Source of the DNA: Planctomycetota bacterium
GTDB taxonomy: Bacteria > Planctomycetota > Phycisphaerae > UBA1845 > JANYLN01
Length of the DNA: 45,403 nucleotides
Assembly (NCBI GenBank): GCA_025357795.1
Contig: JANYLN010000049.1
Location: 1 to 45,403 of the forward strand
Direction: 5' to 3'
The notes under the pieces were generated by a model. The model saw only the letters and a list, made by a program, of their open reading frames with translations, did not search any database and was not told the DNA's origin. This document shows, in pieces, positions 19,669 to 30,898 of the stretch (within the stretch, counting starts at the first letter, position 1; every line of letters starts with the position of its first letter). A program made the translations under genes and the position numbers.

Positions 19669-20340
19669 GTGACAGGTGTTTCAGCCAGATCTATGAGAGT
19701 GTGGATGGTGGTAGCGGCGCTAGCGGTGTGGCCTGCGCTGGCGGCTGGGCAGCATGCCGAGACGCCGGCCCGGGGCGAGGCGGCGCCTGCGGTTCAGACG
19801 ACGGCGGGACACGGCGCGGCAGGTGAGCAGGGCGGGCACGAGAAGCCGGGGCTGTTTTCCGGGGACACGGGCAACATCATCTGGACGGCGATCATCTTCG
19901 CGGGGCTGCTGCTGGTGCTGGGCAAGTACGCGTGGCGGCCGATGCTGGACGCCCTCAACCGCCGGGAGCAGTTCATCCGGCAGACGCTGGAGACGGCGCA
20001 GAAGGACCGGGCGGAGGCGGAACGGATGATGGCGGAGTACCGCCAGATGATCGATAAGTCGAAGCAGGAGGCGCAGGCGATCATCGAGCAGGGCCGCCAG
20101 GATGCGGAGACGGCGCGGCAGCGGCTGCACCAGCAGGCGCAGGGCGAGGCCGGGCAGATGATCGGCCGGGCGAAGCAGGAGATTCAGCTGGCGAAGCAGT
20201 CGGCGCTGCAGGATCTGCAGAACCTGGCGGCGGACCTGTCGGTGAACGTGGCCAGCAAGATCATCCAGCGGAACGTGACGGCGGCGGACCAGCAGCGGCT
20301 GGTGGAAGAGTCGTTGAAGCAGTTGGGGAAGGTTGGGTGA
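19669..20340 (+). CDS. atpF: F0 subunit b with N-terminal extension
   Basis: IIWTAIIFAGLLLVLGKYAWRPML..LNRRE followed by a long coiled coil; start 19669 (GTG) or 19693 (ATG). Confidence 0.95.
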   Translation: MTGVSARSMRVWMVVAALAVWPALAAGQHAETPARGEAAPAVQTTAGHGAAGEQGGHEKPGLFSGDTGNIIWTAIIFAGLLLVLGKYAWRPMLDALNRREQFIRQTLETAQKDRAEAERMMAEYRQMIDKSKQEAQAIIEQGRQDAETARQRLHQQAQGEAGQMIGRAKQEIQLAKQSALQDLQNLAADLSVNVASKIIQRNVTAADQQRLVEESLKQLGKVG

Positions 20341-20352
20341 TCGGGAAAGATG

Positions 20353-20438
20353 GCATGGTCCTGCAACGGCGCGGGACCATGGCACCGGGCAACAACAACG
20401 ACAACAACACGCGGCTCGCAAGCGAGTCGGCTAGATGG
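20353..20438 (+). repeat. Composite REP-like element (hairpin A + CAA linker + hairpin B), copy 1
   Basis: 32 bp at 20353-20384 are identical to 26360-26391; 20409-20438 resembles 26453-26482 and 11821-11847. Confidence 0.88.
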
Positions 20439-20535
20439 GTGACGCTGGACATAAACGGAATCCTGATCCGGTTGTTTGTTGGAACGATGGCAGTGGCGAT
20501 GACAGTCCTGAGTCTTGAGTGACGGCAATCACGCT

Positions 20536-21120
20536 ATGGCGGAACAGACGAGCAAGAGAGTCGTGACGGTCTACGCGGAGGCGCTGTACGAGGCGGCCAG
20601 CGGCGGTGACGCCCTGGAGGCTGTGCGGGCCGACGTCGAGTCACTGCAGAAGATGCTGGAGGCGTACCCGAAGTACGGGCGGCTGCTGGCGGACCCGAAG
20701 ATGGACCTCGACGAGCGGGAGAAGACCGTCCGGCGGACGGTTGAGGGCAAGGTCCATCCGCTGACGCTACACTTCCTGCTGGTGCTGAACCGGCGCTGGC
20801 GGCTGGGGAACCTGGCGGCGATTCTGGATGAGTACGTCCGGTTGGACAACACGCGGCGGCTGGGTCGGCGGGACGTCGAAGTGGTCACGGCGGTGCCGCT
20901 GGACGAGCAGATGCTGGCCCAGATCAAGCAGGGCATTGCGGCGTGGGGCGGCTTCGAGCCGGTGATCCACGTGAAGCAGGATGCGTCGCTGCTGGGCGGG
21001 CTGATGCTGCGGATCGGCGACCAGCAGATCGACGGGTCGGTCAAGGGCCAGTTGGAGCGGTTCCGCGAGCAGCTGAAGAGGGAGTTCCAGGTGAGAGGGA
21101 GCGAGGCGACGGTGGCGTGA
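20536..21120 (+). CDS. atpH: F1 subunit delta
   Basis: YAEALYE, VVTAVPL, DASLLGGLMLRIGDQQIDGSVKGQL. Confidence 0.96.
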   Translation: MAEQTSKRVVTVYAEALYEAASGGDALEAVRADVESLQKMLEAYPKYGRLLADPKMDLDEREKTVRRTVEGKVHPLTLHFLLVLNRRWRLGNLAAILDEYVRLDNTRRLGRRDVEVVTAVPLDEQMLAQIKQGIAAWGGFEPVIHVKQDASLLGGLMLRIGDQQIDGSVKGQLERFREQLKREFQVRGSEATVA

Positions 21121-21258
21121 GATCGCGGCCGGGGTCCGCTGCGAGGGGCCGGCAACGGCGACGACAATGGCCCGGCTGAGGCCGCAGGGCAGTGAGCGGG
21201 CCGGGCGAACGAGAATATTGACGCAGAGATGACGGCCAGGACGTTATAGGAGATTGTT

Positions 21259-22953
21259 ATGGCTGGCGGGTTTCGCATTGACGACATCGCATCGGTCATC
21301 CGCGAGCAGATTGAGAACTACAAGCCCGAGATGGAAGTAGCGGAGATCGGGCGGATCATCGAGGTCGGCGACGGTATTGCGCGGGTGTACGGGCTGGCGC
21401 GGGCGAAGGCGGCGGAGATGATCCACTTCCCGCGGACGGACACGTACGGCGTGGCCCTGAACCTCGAAGAGGACAGCGTGGGCATCGCCATCATGGGCGA
21501 CTGGCTGGGGCTGGCGGAGGGCGACGAGGCCCGCTGCACGGGGACGCTGCTGTCGGTGCCGGTGGGTGATGCGATGGTGGGGCGGGTGGTCGATCCGCTG
21601 GGGCGGCCGCTGGACGGTCGGGGCCCGATCCAGTCGAAGGATCGGCGGGCCCTGGAGAGCAATGCGCCGGGCATCGCGGAGCGGCAGCCTGTGACGGAGC
21701 CGCTGCAGACGGGCATCAAGGCGATCGATTCGATGATCCCGATCGGGCGGGGGCAGCGAGAGCTGATCATCGGCGACCGCAAGACAGGCAAGAGCGCGAT
21801 CGCGGTGGATACGGTCATCAACCAGAAGGGGCAGGGCGTCATCTGCGTGTACGTGGCGATCGGGCAGAAGGAGAGCACGGTCGCCTCGCTGGTGGAAGTG
21901 CTGCGCGAGCACGGCGCGATGGATTACACGATCGTGGTAGTGGCGGGTTCGAGCGACCCGGCCCCGGTGCAGTACATCGCCCCGTATGCGGGCTGCGCGA
22001 TGGCAGAGTACTTCATGTACGAGCGTGGCCAGGGGACATTGTGCATCTACGACGATTTGAGCAAGCATGCGGCGGCGTACCGGCAGTTGTCGCTGCTGTT
22101 GCGGCGGCCTCCGGGGCGCGAGGCGTACCCGGGCGACGTGTTTTATCTGCACAGCCGGCTGCTGGAGCGGGCGGCGAAGCTGGCGGAGCGGTACATCCTG
22201 GTTGAGAAGAGTGCCAAGGCAGAGACCCAGAAGGGCGTCAACGGGAAAGAGTACATCGGCGTGCCGGGCAAGGAGGAGGCGGAGGCGGATCTGAAGAAGA
22301 TGGCCAATGCGGCGTCGCTGGAGGTGCGCAAGGTGTCGGGCAGCGGCGGGTCGCTGACGGCGCTGCCGATCGTGGAGACGCTCGAGGGGGAGGTGTCGGC
22401 GTATATCCCGACGAACGTGATTTCGATCACGGACGGGCAGATCTACCTGGAGCCGGAGCTGTTCTTCTCGGGCGTGCGGCCGGCGATCAACGTGGGGATC
22501 AGCGTCAGCCGAGTGGGTAAGAACGCCCAGAGCAAGGCGATGGCGAAGGTGTCGGGTTCGCTGCGGCTGGACCTGGCGAGTTTTCGCGAGTTGGAGGCGT
22601 TCGCGCAGTTGGGCACGGATTTGGACCAGGCGACGTTGCGGCAATTGGAGCGTGGGCGGCGGTTGGTGGAGCTGCTGAAGCAGCCGCAGTACCGGCCCTA
22701 CAACATTACGGACGAGACGATCAGCATTTTCGTGGGCACGGGCGGGTACATGGACGAGGTGCCGGTGTCGCGGGTGGTGGACTTCGAGCAGAAGATGCTG
22801 GAGCATATGCACACGCGGCAGCAGGGCCTGTGGGAGGAGCTGCAGAAGCATGCCGTGATGACGGACGATCTGCGCAATCGGCTGACCGAGGCGGTCAAGC
22901 AGTTTAAGAGCCAGTATATGGCGGGGATCGTCCCGGCGGCGCAGGCGCGGTAG
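21259..22953 (+). CDS. atpA: F1 subunit alpha (with ~50-aa insertion)
   Basis: [44 protein letters not shown]. Confidence 0.99.
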   Translation: MAGGFRIDDIASVIREQIENYKPEMEVAEIGRIIEVGDGIARVYGLARAKAAEMIHFPRTDTYGVALNLEEDSVGIAIMGDWLGLAEGDEARCTGTLLSVPVGDAMVGRVVDPLGRPLDGRGPIQSKDRRALESNAPGIAERQPVTEPLQTGIKAIDSMIPIGRGQRELIIGDRKTGKSAIAVDTVINQKGQGVICVYVAIGQKESTVASLVEVLREHGAMDYTIVVVAGSSDPAPVQYIAPYAGCAMAEYFMYERGQGTLCIYDDLSKHAAAYRQLSLLLRRPPGREAYPGDVFYLHSRLLERAAKLAERYILVEKSAKAETQKGVNGKEYIGVPGKEEAEADLKKMANAASLEVRKVSGSGGSLTALPIVETLEGEVSAYIPTNVISITDGQIYLEPELFFSGVRPAINVGISVSRVGKNAQSKAMAKVSGSLRLDLASFRELEAFAQLGTDLDQATLRQLERGRRLVELLKQPQYRPYNITDETISIFVGTGGYMDEVPVSRVVDFEQKMLEHMHTRQQGLWEELQKHAVMTDDLRNRLTEAVKQFKSQYMAGIVPAAQAR

Positions 22954-23069
22954 CAGAAGGGCGGTCGGTGTTACCTGGGATTCGTCAAACGACCAGGGCA
23001 ACGGCTACGGCAACCACAGCGACGGCCGCGGATTTGCACGGATGGACACGGATAACAGCAACAACAGCC

Positions 23070-23092
23070 ATAGCCGAGGGCGGCTGTGCTAC
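23070..23092 (-). repeat. GTAG-type REP-like palindrome
   Basis: Minus strand reads GTAG-cacagccg-ccct-cggcta. Confidence 0.6.
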
Positions 23093-23186
23093 TTGCAACA
23101 ACAGCAACAGAAACGGCGACAACAAAAAAGACACGGCGCGGGCGCCAAGCCCGGACTCCGAACGACGGCAGGATTGAGGAGCATCG

Positions 23187-24071
23187 ATGGCCAGGGCAAG
23201 AGCCATTGTCAAACGACGCAAGGCGGTCCGCAACATCCGCAAGATCACGCGGACGATGCAGCTGATCGCGACGGCGCGCTTCCAGCAGGCGAACAACCGG
23301 GTGGCGGCGGGCCGGCCTTACGTCAGCAAGATCCGGCACCTGGTGGGGCAGCTGAGCCAGGGGGTGGACCTGGATCATCCGCTGCTGAAGGCGAATCCGG
23401 AGACGGCGCCCGATCTGCTGCTGGTGCTGACGAGCAGCAGGGGGCTGGCGGGCGGCTACAACTCCAATGTGCTGCGCAAGGCGATCCAGTACATCGACCA
23501 GCTGCAAGGCGAAGGCCGCCACGTGCTGGTGCACATGGTGGGCAAGAAGGGCATCACGTACTTCAAGTTCCTGGACCGGCCCGTGGAAGCCGCGCACATG
23601 CAGTTCGGCGACAAGCCGACGTACGCGCAGGTGGCGGAGCTGGCGGAGCAGTTCATGCAGCGTTATGCCGCGGGGCAGCTGCGGAGCGTATCGGTGGCGT
23701 ACATGCACTTCCTGTCGGCTGGGGTGCAGAAGACAGAGGTGGTGCGATTGCTGCCGATGGAACCGCCTCAGCAGCGAGAGGAGGCCGCGGCGGGTGCGCG
23801 GCAGTCGGTGGAGTGGGAGTTCTCGCCCGATCCGGCGACGATCCTGGCGGACCTGCTACCTGAGGCGGTGAAGGTGAGCCTGTACCAGAACTTCCTGGAG
23901 GCGGTAACCAGCGAGCAGGTGTCGCGGATGGTGGCGATGAAGGCGGCGACGGATGCGGCGGGGGACATGATCAAGCTCCTGTCGCTGCAGTACAACCGGG
24001 CGCGGCAGACGCAGATCACGCTGGAGCTGCTGGATATTGTCGGCGGGGCGAATGCGTTGCAGGACAAATAG
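23187..24071 (+). CDS. atpG: F1 subunit gamma
   Basis: NIRKITRTMQLIA, SSRGLAGGYN, RMVAMKAATD, YNRARQTQIT. Confidence 0.98.
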   Translation: MARARAIVKRRKAVRNIRKITRTMQLIATARFQQANNRVAAGRPYVSKIRHLVGQLSQGVDLDHPLLKANPETAPDLLLVLTSSRGLAGGYNSNVLRKAIQYIDQLQGEGRHVLVHMVGKKGITYFKFLDRPVEAAHMQFGDKPTYAQVAELAEQFMQRYAAGQLRSVSVAYMHFLSAGVQKTEVVRLLPMEPPQQREEAAAGARQSVEWEFSPDPATILADLLPEAVKVSLYQNFLEAVTSEQVSRMVAMKAATDAAGDMIKLLSLQYNRARQTQITLELLDIVGGANALQDK

Positions 24072-24076
24072 AACGG

Positions 24077-25720
<1,644 letters not shown>

Positions 25721-25824
25721 GAACGGCAGGAGCCAGTGGTCCGATGCCAGGTGTCGGCAAGAGTCCTAACAACGACGGGTGGCATGACCAAGGGATGCGC
25801 AGGCGCGGCAAGGAATAGCAGACT

Positions 25825-26235
25825 ATGCCGGACGGCAGACAGTTGAGTTTTTCGATCGTGACGCCCGAGCGGGTGCTGGTGGAGGGCAAGGCGGAGTTTG
25901 TCGTCTTGCCGGGGCTCGACGGCGAATTCGGTATTCTATACAACCGCAGCCCGCTGCTGGTGCGGCTGCAGCCTGGGATTGTCCGAGTGCGCAGCGGCGA
26001 GCGGGAGGAGTGGTACTTCGTCGGCGGCGGGTTTGGGGATGTGATTGACAACCAGGTGACGATCCTGACGCCACGGGCGCTGAAGGCGGGCGAGGTGAAG
26101 GCGGAGGATGCGCAGGTGGCGCGCGAGCGGGCGCGGCGGTTGAGTGCGCCGGATGCGGCGGGGGAACGGAAGTTGCGGGACGCGAATGCGGAGGCGCATG
26201 CGCTGGATCGGATGCTGGCGGGGGCTGGACGATAA
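25825..26235 (+). CDS. atpC: F1 subunit epsilon
   Basis: IVTPERVL, LPGLDGEFGIL, VGGGF. Confidence 0.95.
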   Translation: MPDGRQLSFSIVTPERVLVEGKAEFVVLPGLDGEFGILYNRSPLLVRLQPGIVRVRSGEREEWYFVGGGFGDVIDNQVTILTPRALKAGEVKAEDAQVARERARRLSAPDAAGERKLRDANAEAHALDRMLAGAGR

Positions 26236-26265
26236 GGCAACCTGTATATTGCGGTTCTCAAAGAC

Positions 26266-26290
26266 AGCCGGCGTGAGCCGGCTTTTTTGT
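26266..26290 (+). terminator. Intrinsic terminator of the atp operon
   Basis: agccggc-gtga-gccggct followed by T-run. Confidence 0.85.
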
Positions 26291-26359
26291 TATGCGCGGA
26301 CGGGGGCAGACCGGCCAGGGGGGCTAGAGTATTTCAGATTATCTCTAGCGGGAGCGACA

Positions 26360-26482
26360 GCATGGTCCTGCAACGGCGCGGGACCATGGCATTGCGCTTC
26401 AGTCGTCCCTACGGGACAGTAGAGGCCAACGGCATTGAGTAACGGCAAGAACGCGCGGCTGGCAAGCGAGCCGGCTAAATGG
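26360..26482 (+). repeat. Composite REP-like element, copy 2
   Basis: gcatggtcctgcaacggcgcgggaccatggca is identical to 20353-20384; hairpin B variant at 26453-26482. Confidence 0.88.
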
Positions 26483-26526
26483 TCCGTCCCCCTTCCTTCC
26501 ATAGGTCTTCGAGGGCGGGGTTGGCT

Positions 26527-27528
26527 TTAGAAGCCGAGGTATTGGACTTCTTCCTGAAGGTCGACACCGAAGCGCTGGCGGACGCGGTCCTTGAGCTGGG
26601 CGACGAGGGCGAGGAGGTCGGCGGCGGAGGCCGTGCCGTGGGTGTTGACGATGAGGTTGCCGTGGTGGTGGCTGACTTCGACGCCGCCTACGCGTGTGCC
26701 TTTGGCGCCGACGGCTTCGAGGAGGTAGCCGGCGGCGACCTTGCCGTAGGTGATCTGGGAGGAGTCGATGCGCGAGAGGAAAGTCGGCAGCAGGTTCTGG
26801 GGGTCGAGCTGATCGAGGCGGATGTTCTTGAAGTAACAGCCGGGGCACTTGAGGTCGAGCGAGAACTTTCGCTGGCGCGACTGGATGAGGTCCTGGCTGG
26901 TGTTGAGCAGGTGCTGGGGGTCGCCGGGGGCGAGGTCGAGGACGACCTGGGAGATGATCCAATCCTTGTGGCGCTTGAAGGTGCTGTCGCGGTAGCCGAA
27001 CTGGCATTCGCTGACGGAGAGATGGTTGAAGCGGTCGGTGGAGGCGTTGTAGTAGCGGACCTCGCAGATGTGATCGCGCATCTCCTGGCCGTAGGCGCCG
27101 GCGCAGCCGTAGATTGCGCCGCCTATCGTGCCGGGGATGCCGGCCATTTTCTCGAGGCCGGCGAGGCCTATGCGGTCGGCCTGGAGGACGACTTCGCTCA
27201 GATGGTCGCCTGCCCCGACGGTGAGGCTGGTGTCGATGGCGGCGAAGGCGTGGATGCGGTTCTGGATGATCAGGCCGGGGTAGCCTGCGTCGGCTGCGAC
27301 GAGGTTGGAGCCGTCGCCTATGACGCACCAGTAGAGTTGGCAGGCGCGGGCGATGCGGATGGCGGCGGCGAGGTCGGCCTCGGTGTGGGCCTGCAGGAAG
27401 AATCTGGCGGGGCCGCCGATTGCCATGCTGGTGACGGTAGCGAGCGGCAGGTTGTTCTGCAGCTGCTGGCCGAAGTGTTCGCGGAGCAGGGTTTCGGGGC
27501 TGGCAGCGGGGGCTTGCAGCTCGGGCAC
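26527..27528 (-). CDS. murB: UDP-N-acetylenolpyruvoylglucosamine reductase
   Basis: IGGPA, IGDGSNL, GLEKMAGIPGTIGGA, FGYRDSTFK, GCYFKN, HGNLIVN, LQEEV; GTG start after GGAGG. Confidence 0.95.
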   Translation of the reverse strand: MPELQAPAASPETLLREHFGQQLQNNLPLATVTSMAIGGPARFFLQAHTEADLAAAIRIARACQLYWCVIGDGSNLVAADAGYPGLIIQNRIHAFAAIDTSLTVGAGDHLSEVVLQADRIGLAGLEKMAGIPGTIGGAIYGCAGAYGQEMRDHICEVRYYNASTDRFNHLSVSECQFGYRDSTFKRHKDWIISQVVLDLAPGDPQHLLNTSQDLIQSRQRKFSLDLKCPGCYFKNIRLDQLDPQNLLPTFLSRIDSSQITYGKVAAGYLLEAVGAKGTRVGGVEVSHHHGNLIVNTHGTASAADLLALVAQLKDRVRQRFGVDLQEEVQYLGF

Positions 27529-28022
27529 GTTCACTCCCTCCAGGCGTTCCTTCGACCAACGGCAAAAACAGAGTGTGCCAGCTGTGCGAGCGAGTTGCCT
27601 CATGGCAACGGGGTGAGTGGGTGCGGGTCTGTCCCGCTGGCAGCACGGCGTACAGGGGAGACATCGACGCGGGCGAGGCATGGGCTTGAGGGCAACCGGG
27701 TCTGGGGACGCCGTGGCGAGGGCGTGCTGGGTGGAGCATGGCGAGAGGGCGATTTGGCGGCGGGGTGGGGTCGCGGGGCGGATGACGGTGGGGGATGTGC
27801 GGCAAGGTGTCAGCGGGTATCGCAATCTCAGGGCTGAGACAGCAAAGAGTACCAAATGGGTACGATTGACTTGAATGCGAGATGCGGGGCTACCTAGTGT
27901 TTCGCAAATGCCGAGGTGGATTCGAAGACGCAACAGGGAGGCAGACAAGGACCTTGGCGCTGGTATCTCGATCCTCCCATGCGTCGCATGCCGTTACGCC
28001 TTTGAACAGGAGAGGACGCACC

Positions 28023-28640
28023 ATGGCTTACGAGCTTCCGGCCTTGCCGTACCCGTACGACGCGTTGGAGCCGTACATCGACGCCAAGACAATGGAGATC
28101 CATCATACCAAGCACCATCGGGCGTATATCACGAACGTCAACAAGGCCCTGGAGGGGCATCCCGAGTTGGCGAAGTTGAGTGTCGAGGACCTTCTCAAGA
28201 ACGTGCAGAAGGTGCCGCAGGAGATCCGCCAGACGGTGATCAACAATGGGGGCGGGCACGCCAATCACAGTTTGTTCTGGCCTATCATGGGCAAGGGCAA
28301 GGGGGGCGAGCCGAAGGGGGATCTGGCGGAGGAGATCAAGAAGACGTTCGGGGATTTCGCGGGGTTCAAGGAGAAGTTGTCGAACGCGGCGTTGACGCGG
28401 TTTGGCAGCGGGTGGGGCTGGCTGGTGCTGGATTCGGGCGGGGCCTTGCAGGTGGTGAGCACCGCCAACCAGGACAACCCTCTGTTAAACGGGCAGGTGG
28501 CGATCCTGGGCATCGACGTCTGGGAGCACGCGTACTACCTGAAATACCAGAACCGCCGGGCGGATTATATTGCGGCCTGGTGGAGCGTGGTGAACTGGGA
28601 CAGGGCAGCTAATATCTACGCTTCCGCGAGGGGAAGGTAG
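28023..28640 (+). CDS. sodA: Fe/Mn superoxide dismutase (Mn-type signature)
   Basis: [35 protein letters not shown]. Confidence 0.96.
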   Translation: MAYELPALPYPYDALEPYIDAKTMEIHHTKHHRAYITNVNKALEGHPELAKLSVEDLLKNVQKVPQEIRQTVINNGGGHANHSLFWPIMGKGKGGEPKGDLAEEIKKTFGDFAGFKEKLSNAALTRFGSGWGWLVLDSGGALQVVSTANQDNPLLNGQVAILGIDVWEHAYYLKYQNRRADYIAAWWSVVNWDRAANIYASARGR

Positions 28641-28678
28641 CGCACCTGTCAGCGGGGTTGCTGCGGATTCCTTTGGAA

Positions 28679-28720
28679 TCGGACGGCGTGCTTGTTGGGG
28701 CGCCGTCCGGTGTTTTTGTT
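28679..28720 (+). terminator. Putative terminator after sodA
   Basis: cggacggcg/cgccgtccg stem followed by tgtttttgtt. Confidence 0.7.
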
Positions 28721-28808
28721 GGGGTGGGGGTGGTAAGATGGGGAGCTGGCGGGCGGCGGCATCGCCCAACAGATCCCGGGAGCCTGTCAACGCGAGGAGA
28801 GCGCGACG

Positions 28809-29246
28809 ATGAAGTGGGTGACGCGGTCGCATGTCCACATGGATCGGGTGGCGTGTCCTTGGCTGATTGCGCGGTTCGTCGATTCGCAGGCCGAATTCCT
28901 GTTCGTGCCAAGCAACTGCGTCGAGGAGGTGTCTCGACGGGATGGGGCGATCCCGTTTGACGTGCCGGGGGTTGAGCTGGGGCATGGCGAGGGGACGTGT
29001 TCGTTCGACGCGATCCTGGGCAAATACGATCTCAAGGACAAAGCGCTTTTGCGGTTGGCGAGGATCGTCAACGCGGCGGATCTGCATAGACTTGACAATG
29101 ACCCAATTGCGGCAGGGCTGGACGCGATTGCGACGGGGTTCGGCATCCGCTTTCCGGATGACCACGAGAACCTGCGGCAGCAGTTTGTTGTATACGACGC
29201 ACTCTATGCCTGGTGTTGTTTGGAGGTAGTGAAGAATGGGCAGTAA
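28809..29246 (+). CDS. Chromate-resistance ChrB C-terminal domain / ChrF-like protein
   Basis: MKWVTR...DRVACPWLIARFVD..AEFLFVP, AIPFDVPGVELGH, CSFDAIL, YDALYAW. Confidence 0.88.
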   Translation: MKWVTRSHVHMDRVACPWLIARFVDSQAEFLFVPSNCVEEVSRRDGAIPFDVPGVELGHGEGTCSFDAILGKYDLKDKALLRLARIVNAADLHRLDNDPIAAGLDAIATGFGIRFPDDHENLRQQFVVYDALYAWCCLEVVKNGQ

Positions 29247-30642
29247 GGAGGCGCGGCCGGGGCTTTCGGGTGATTCGGCGGAGAAGCCGGCATCGGAGCC
29301 GGGAAGCGGCGGCAACGAGGCCTTGAGCCCGGCGGGGTCGGTCGAGGCGCGTCGATCGGGCCTGCAGCAGGCGATCGAGTTTTTCGGTCTGAAGCGGAGC
29401 ATTGTCGGGCTGCTCAGCATGGTGATTCTCGTTGGCATGGGCGAGCACATGGCGGAGCAGTTCCTGCCATTGTACCTGACGGCCTTGGGGGCGGGGTTCC
29501 TGTCGGTGGGCTTCCTGAACGGCATGGACAACCTCCTGGGGGCGCTCTATTCGTTCCCGGGCGGGTACCTGGCGGACCGACTGGGGACCAAGCGGGCGCT
29601 GCTGGTGTTCAACCTGCTGGCGATGTTCGGCTTTGCGATCGTGATTCTGGTGCCGAAGTGGCCTGCTGTGTTCATCGGGGCGATTTTCTTCCTGTCGTGG
29701 ACGGCGATCTCGCTGCCTGCGACGATGAGTCTGGTGGCGAAGGTGCTGCCGAAGAACAAGCGGACGATGGGCGTGACGGTGCATTCGCTCATCCGGCGGA
29801 TCCCGATGGCGCTGGGGCCGATCGTGGGGGGGGCGTTGATCTACTACTACCGGGACAAGTACATCGCGATGTACGGCTTTGAAGTGGGGAGTCCGATGGG
29901 CATCCGCGAGGGGGTGCAGGTGGCTTTCGGCGCGGCGCTGATCCTGGCGGTGGTGGCGGCGATCGCGCAGCAGATCCTGATCGAGAAGGATCCGCCGAAA
30001 AAGCCCGGCGAGGCGGAGACCCTCGTGGAGAAGAACCCCCTGAAGATGTGGCGGCAGATGCATCCGTCGCTACGGAACCTGCTGATCAGCGATATTCTGA
30101 TCCGGTTCTGCGAGCAGATCCCGTACGCGTTCGTGGTGATCTGGGCGGTGGGCACGGCGACGCAGAAGGGGCCGGTCAATACGGTGGAGTTCGGCATTTT
30201 GCGGACCATCGAGATGGCGACGGCCATCCTGATTTATATCCCGGTGGCGTACCTGGCGGACAAGGGGCAGAAGAAGCCGTTCGTGGTGATGACGTTCATC
30301 TTCTTCACGCTGTTTCCGGTGGTGCTGTACTTCAGCCATACGTTCTGGATGCTGGCGTTCGCGTTTGTGATCCGGGGTCTGAAGGAGTTCGGCGAGCCGA
30401 CACGCAAGGCTCTGATCATGGACCTGGCGCCGGAGGACCGGAAGGCGGCGATGTTCGGGCTGTACTACCTGATCCGCGACACGATTGTGTCGATCGCGGC
30501 GTTTGCGAGCGGCTTCCTGTGGGTGAAGTCGCCTGGATTGAACCTGTTCACGGCGGCGGCATTCGGGGCGATCGGGACGATCTGGTTCGCGTTGAGGGGG
30601 CAGGATCTGTCGGGGCCGCGTGAGAAACCGGCCGAGGCGTAG
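29236..30642 (+). CDS. Major facilitator superfamily transporter
   Basis: ~12 TM; motif A GYLADRLGTKR, repeated as YLADKGQKK; overlaps the ChrF-like gene by 11 nt. Confidence 0.9.
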   Translation: MGSKEARPGLSGDSAEKPASEPGSGGNEALSPAGSVEARRSGLQQAIEFFGLKRSIVGLLSMVILVGMGEHMAEQFLPLYLTALGAGFLSVGFLNGMDNLLGALYSFPGGYLADRLGTKRALLVFNLLAMFGFAIVILVPKWPAVFIGAIFFLSWTAISLPATMSLVAKVLPKNKRTMGVTVHSLIRRIPMALGPIVGGALIYYYRDKYIAMYGFEVGSPMGIREGVQVAFGAALILAVVAAIAQQILIEKDPPKKPGEAETLVEKNPLKMWRQMHPSLRNLLISDILIRFCEQIPYAFVVIWAVGTATQKGPVNTVEFGILRTIEMATAILIYIPVAYLADKGQKKPFVVMTFIFFTLFPVVLYFSHTFWMLAFAFVIRGLKEFGEPTRKALIMDLAPEDRKAAMFGLYYLIRDTIVSIAAFASGFLWVKSPGLNLFTAAAFGAIGTIWFALRGQDLSGPREKPAEA

Positions 30643-30674
30643 GGGGGCTAGCCCACCTGAAGGTGGAGCCCTGT

Positions 30675-30846
30675 TCACACCTCCTGTTGCGTGATGATCC
30701 TGTAGAGTTCTTCCGACGTGGCCGCGCGATCAATCGCTTCGCGAACCTGCGGGAGCATCATCAGTCTGCTAATGCGGGCCAGGGCCTGGATGTGCGGGCC
30801 CGTCTGGTCGGGCGGGATGCCGGTGCTGCGGCGGCCCTCGTGTCCA
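30675..30846 (-). pseudogene. Decayed PTS EIIA (PtsN/fructose-type) fragment
   Basis: Manual translation gives ..RSTGI-PPDQTGPHIQALARISRLMMLPQVREAIDRAATSEELYRIITQQEV*; no start codon, and the core between STGI and PPDQ is missing. Confidence 0.7.
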
Positions 30847-30898
30847 ACCCGTGCCTGACCGCAGGCAAGACAACCATGTGCCGCACCGCCGCAAGATA

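Noticed and set aside
26527-27528. murB (with Cys in GCYFKN) in a probable planctomycete
   Set aside because: Peptidoglycan genes in this phylum and Cys-type MurB are already known
30769-30898. C-terminal extension of PyrH shown in the ORF track
   Set aside because: Artefact of the frameshift; the native stop is at 30899
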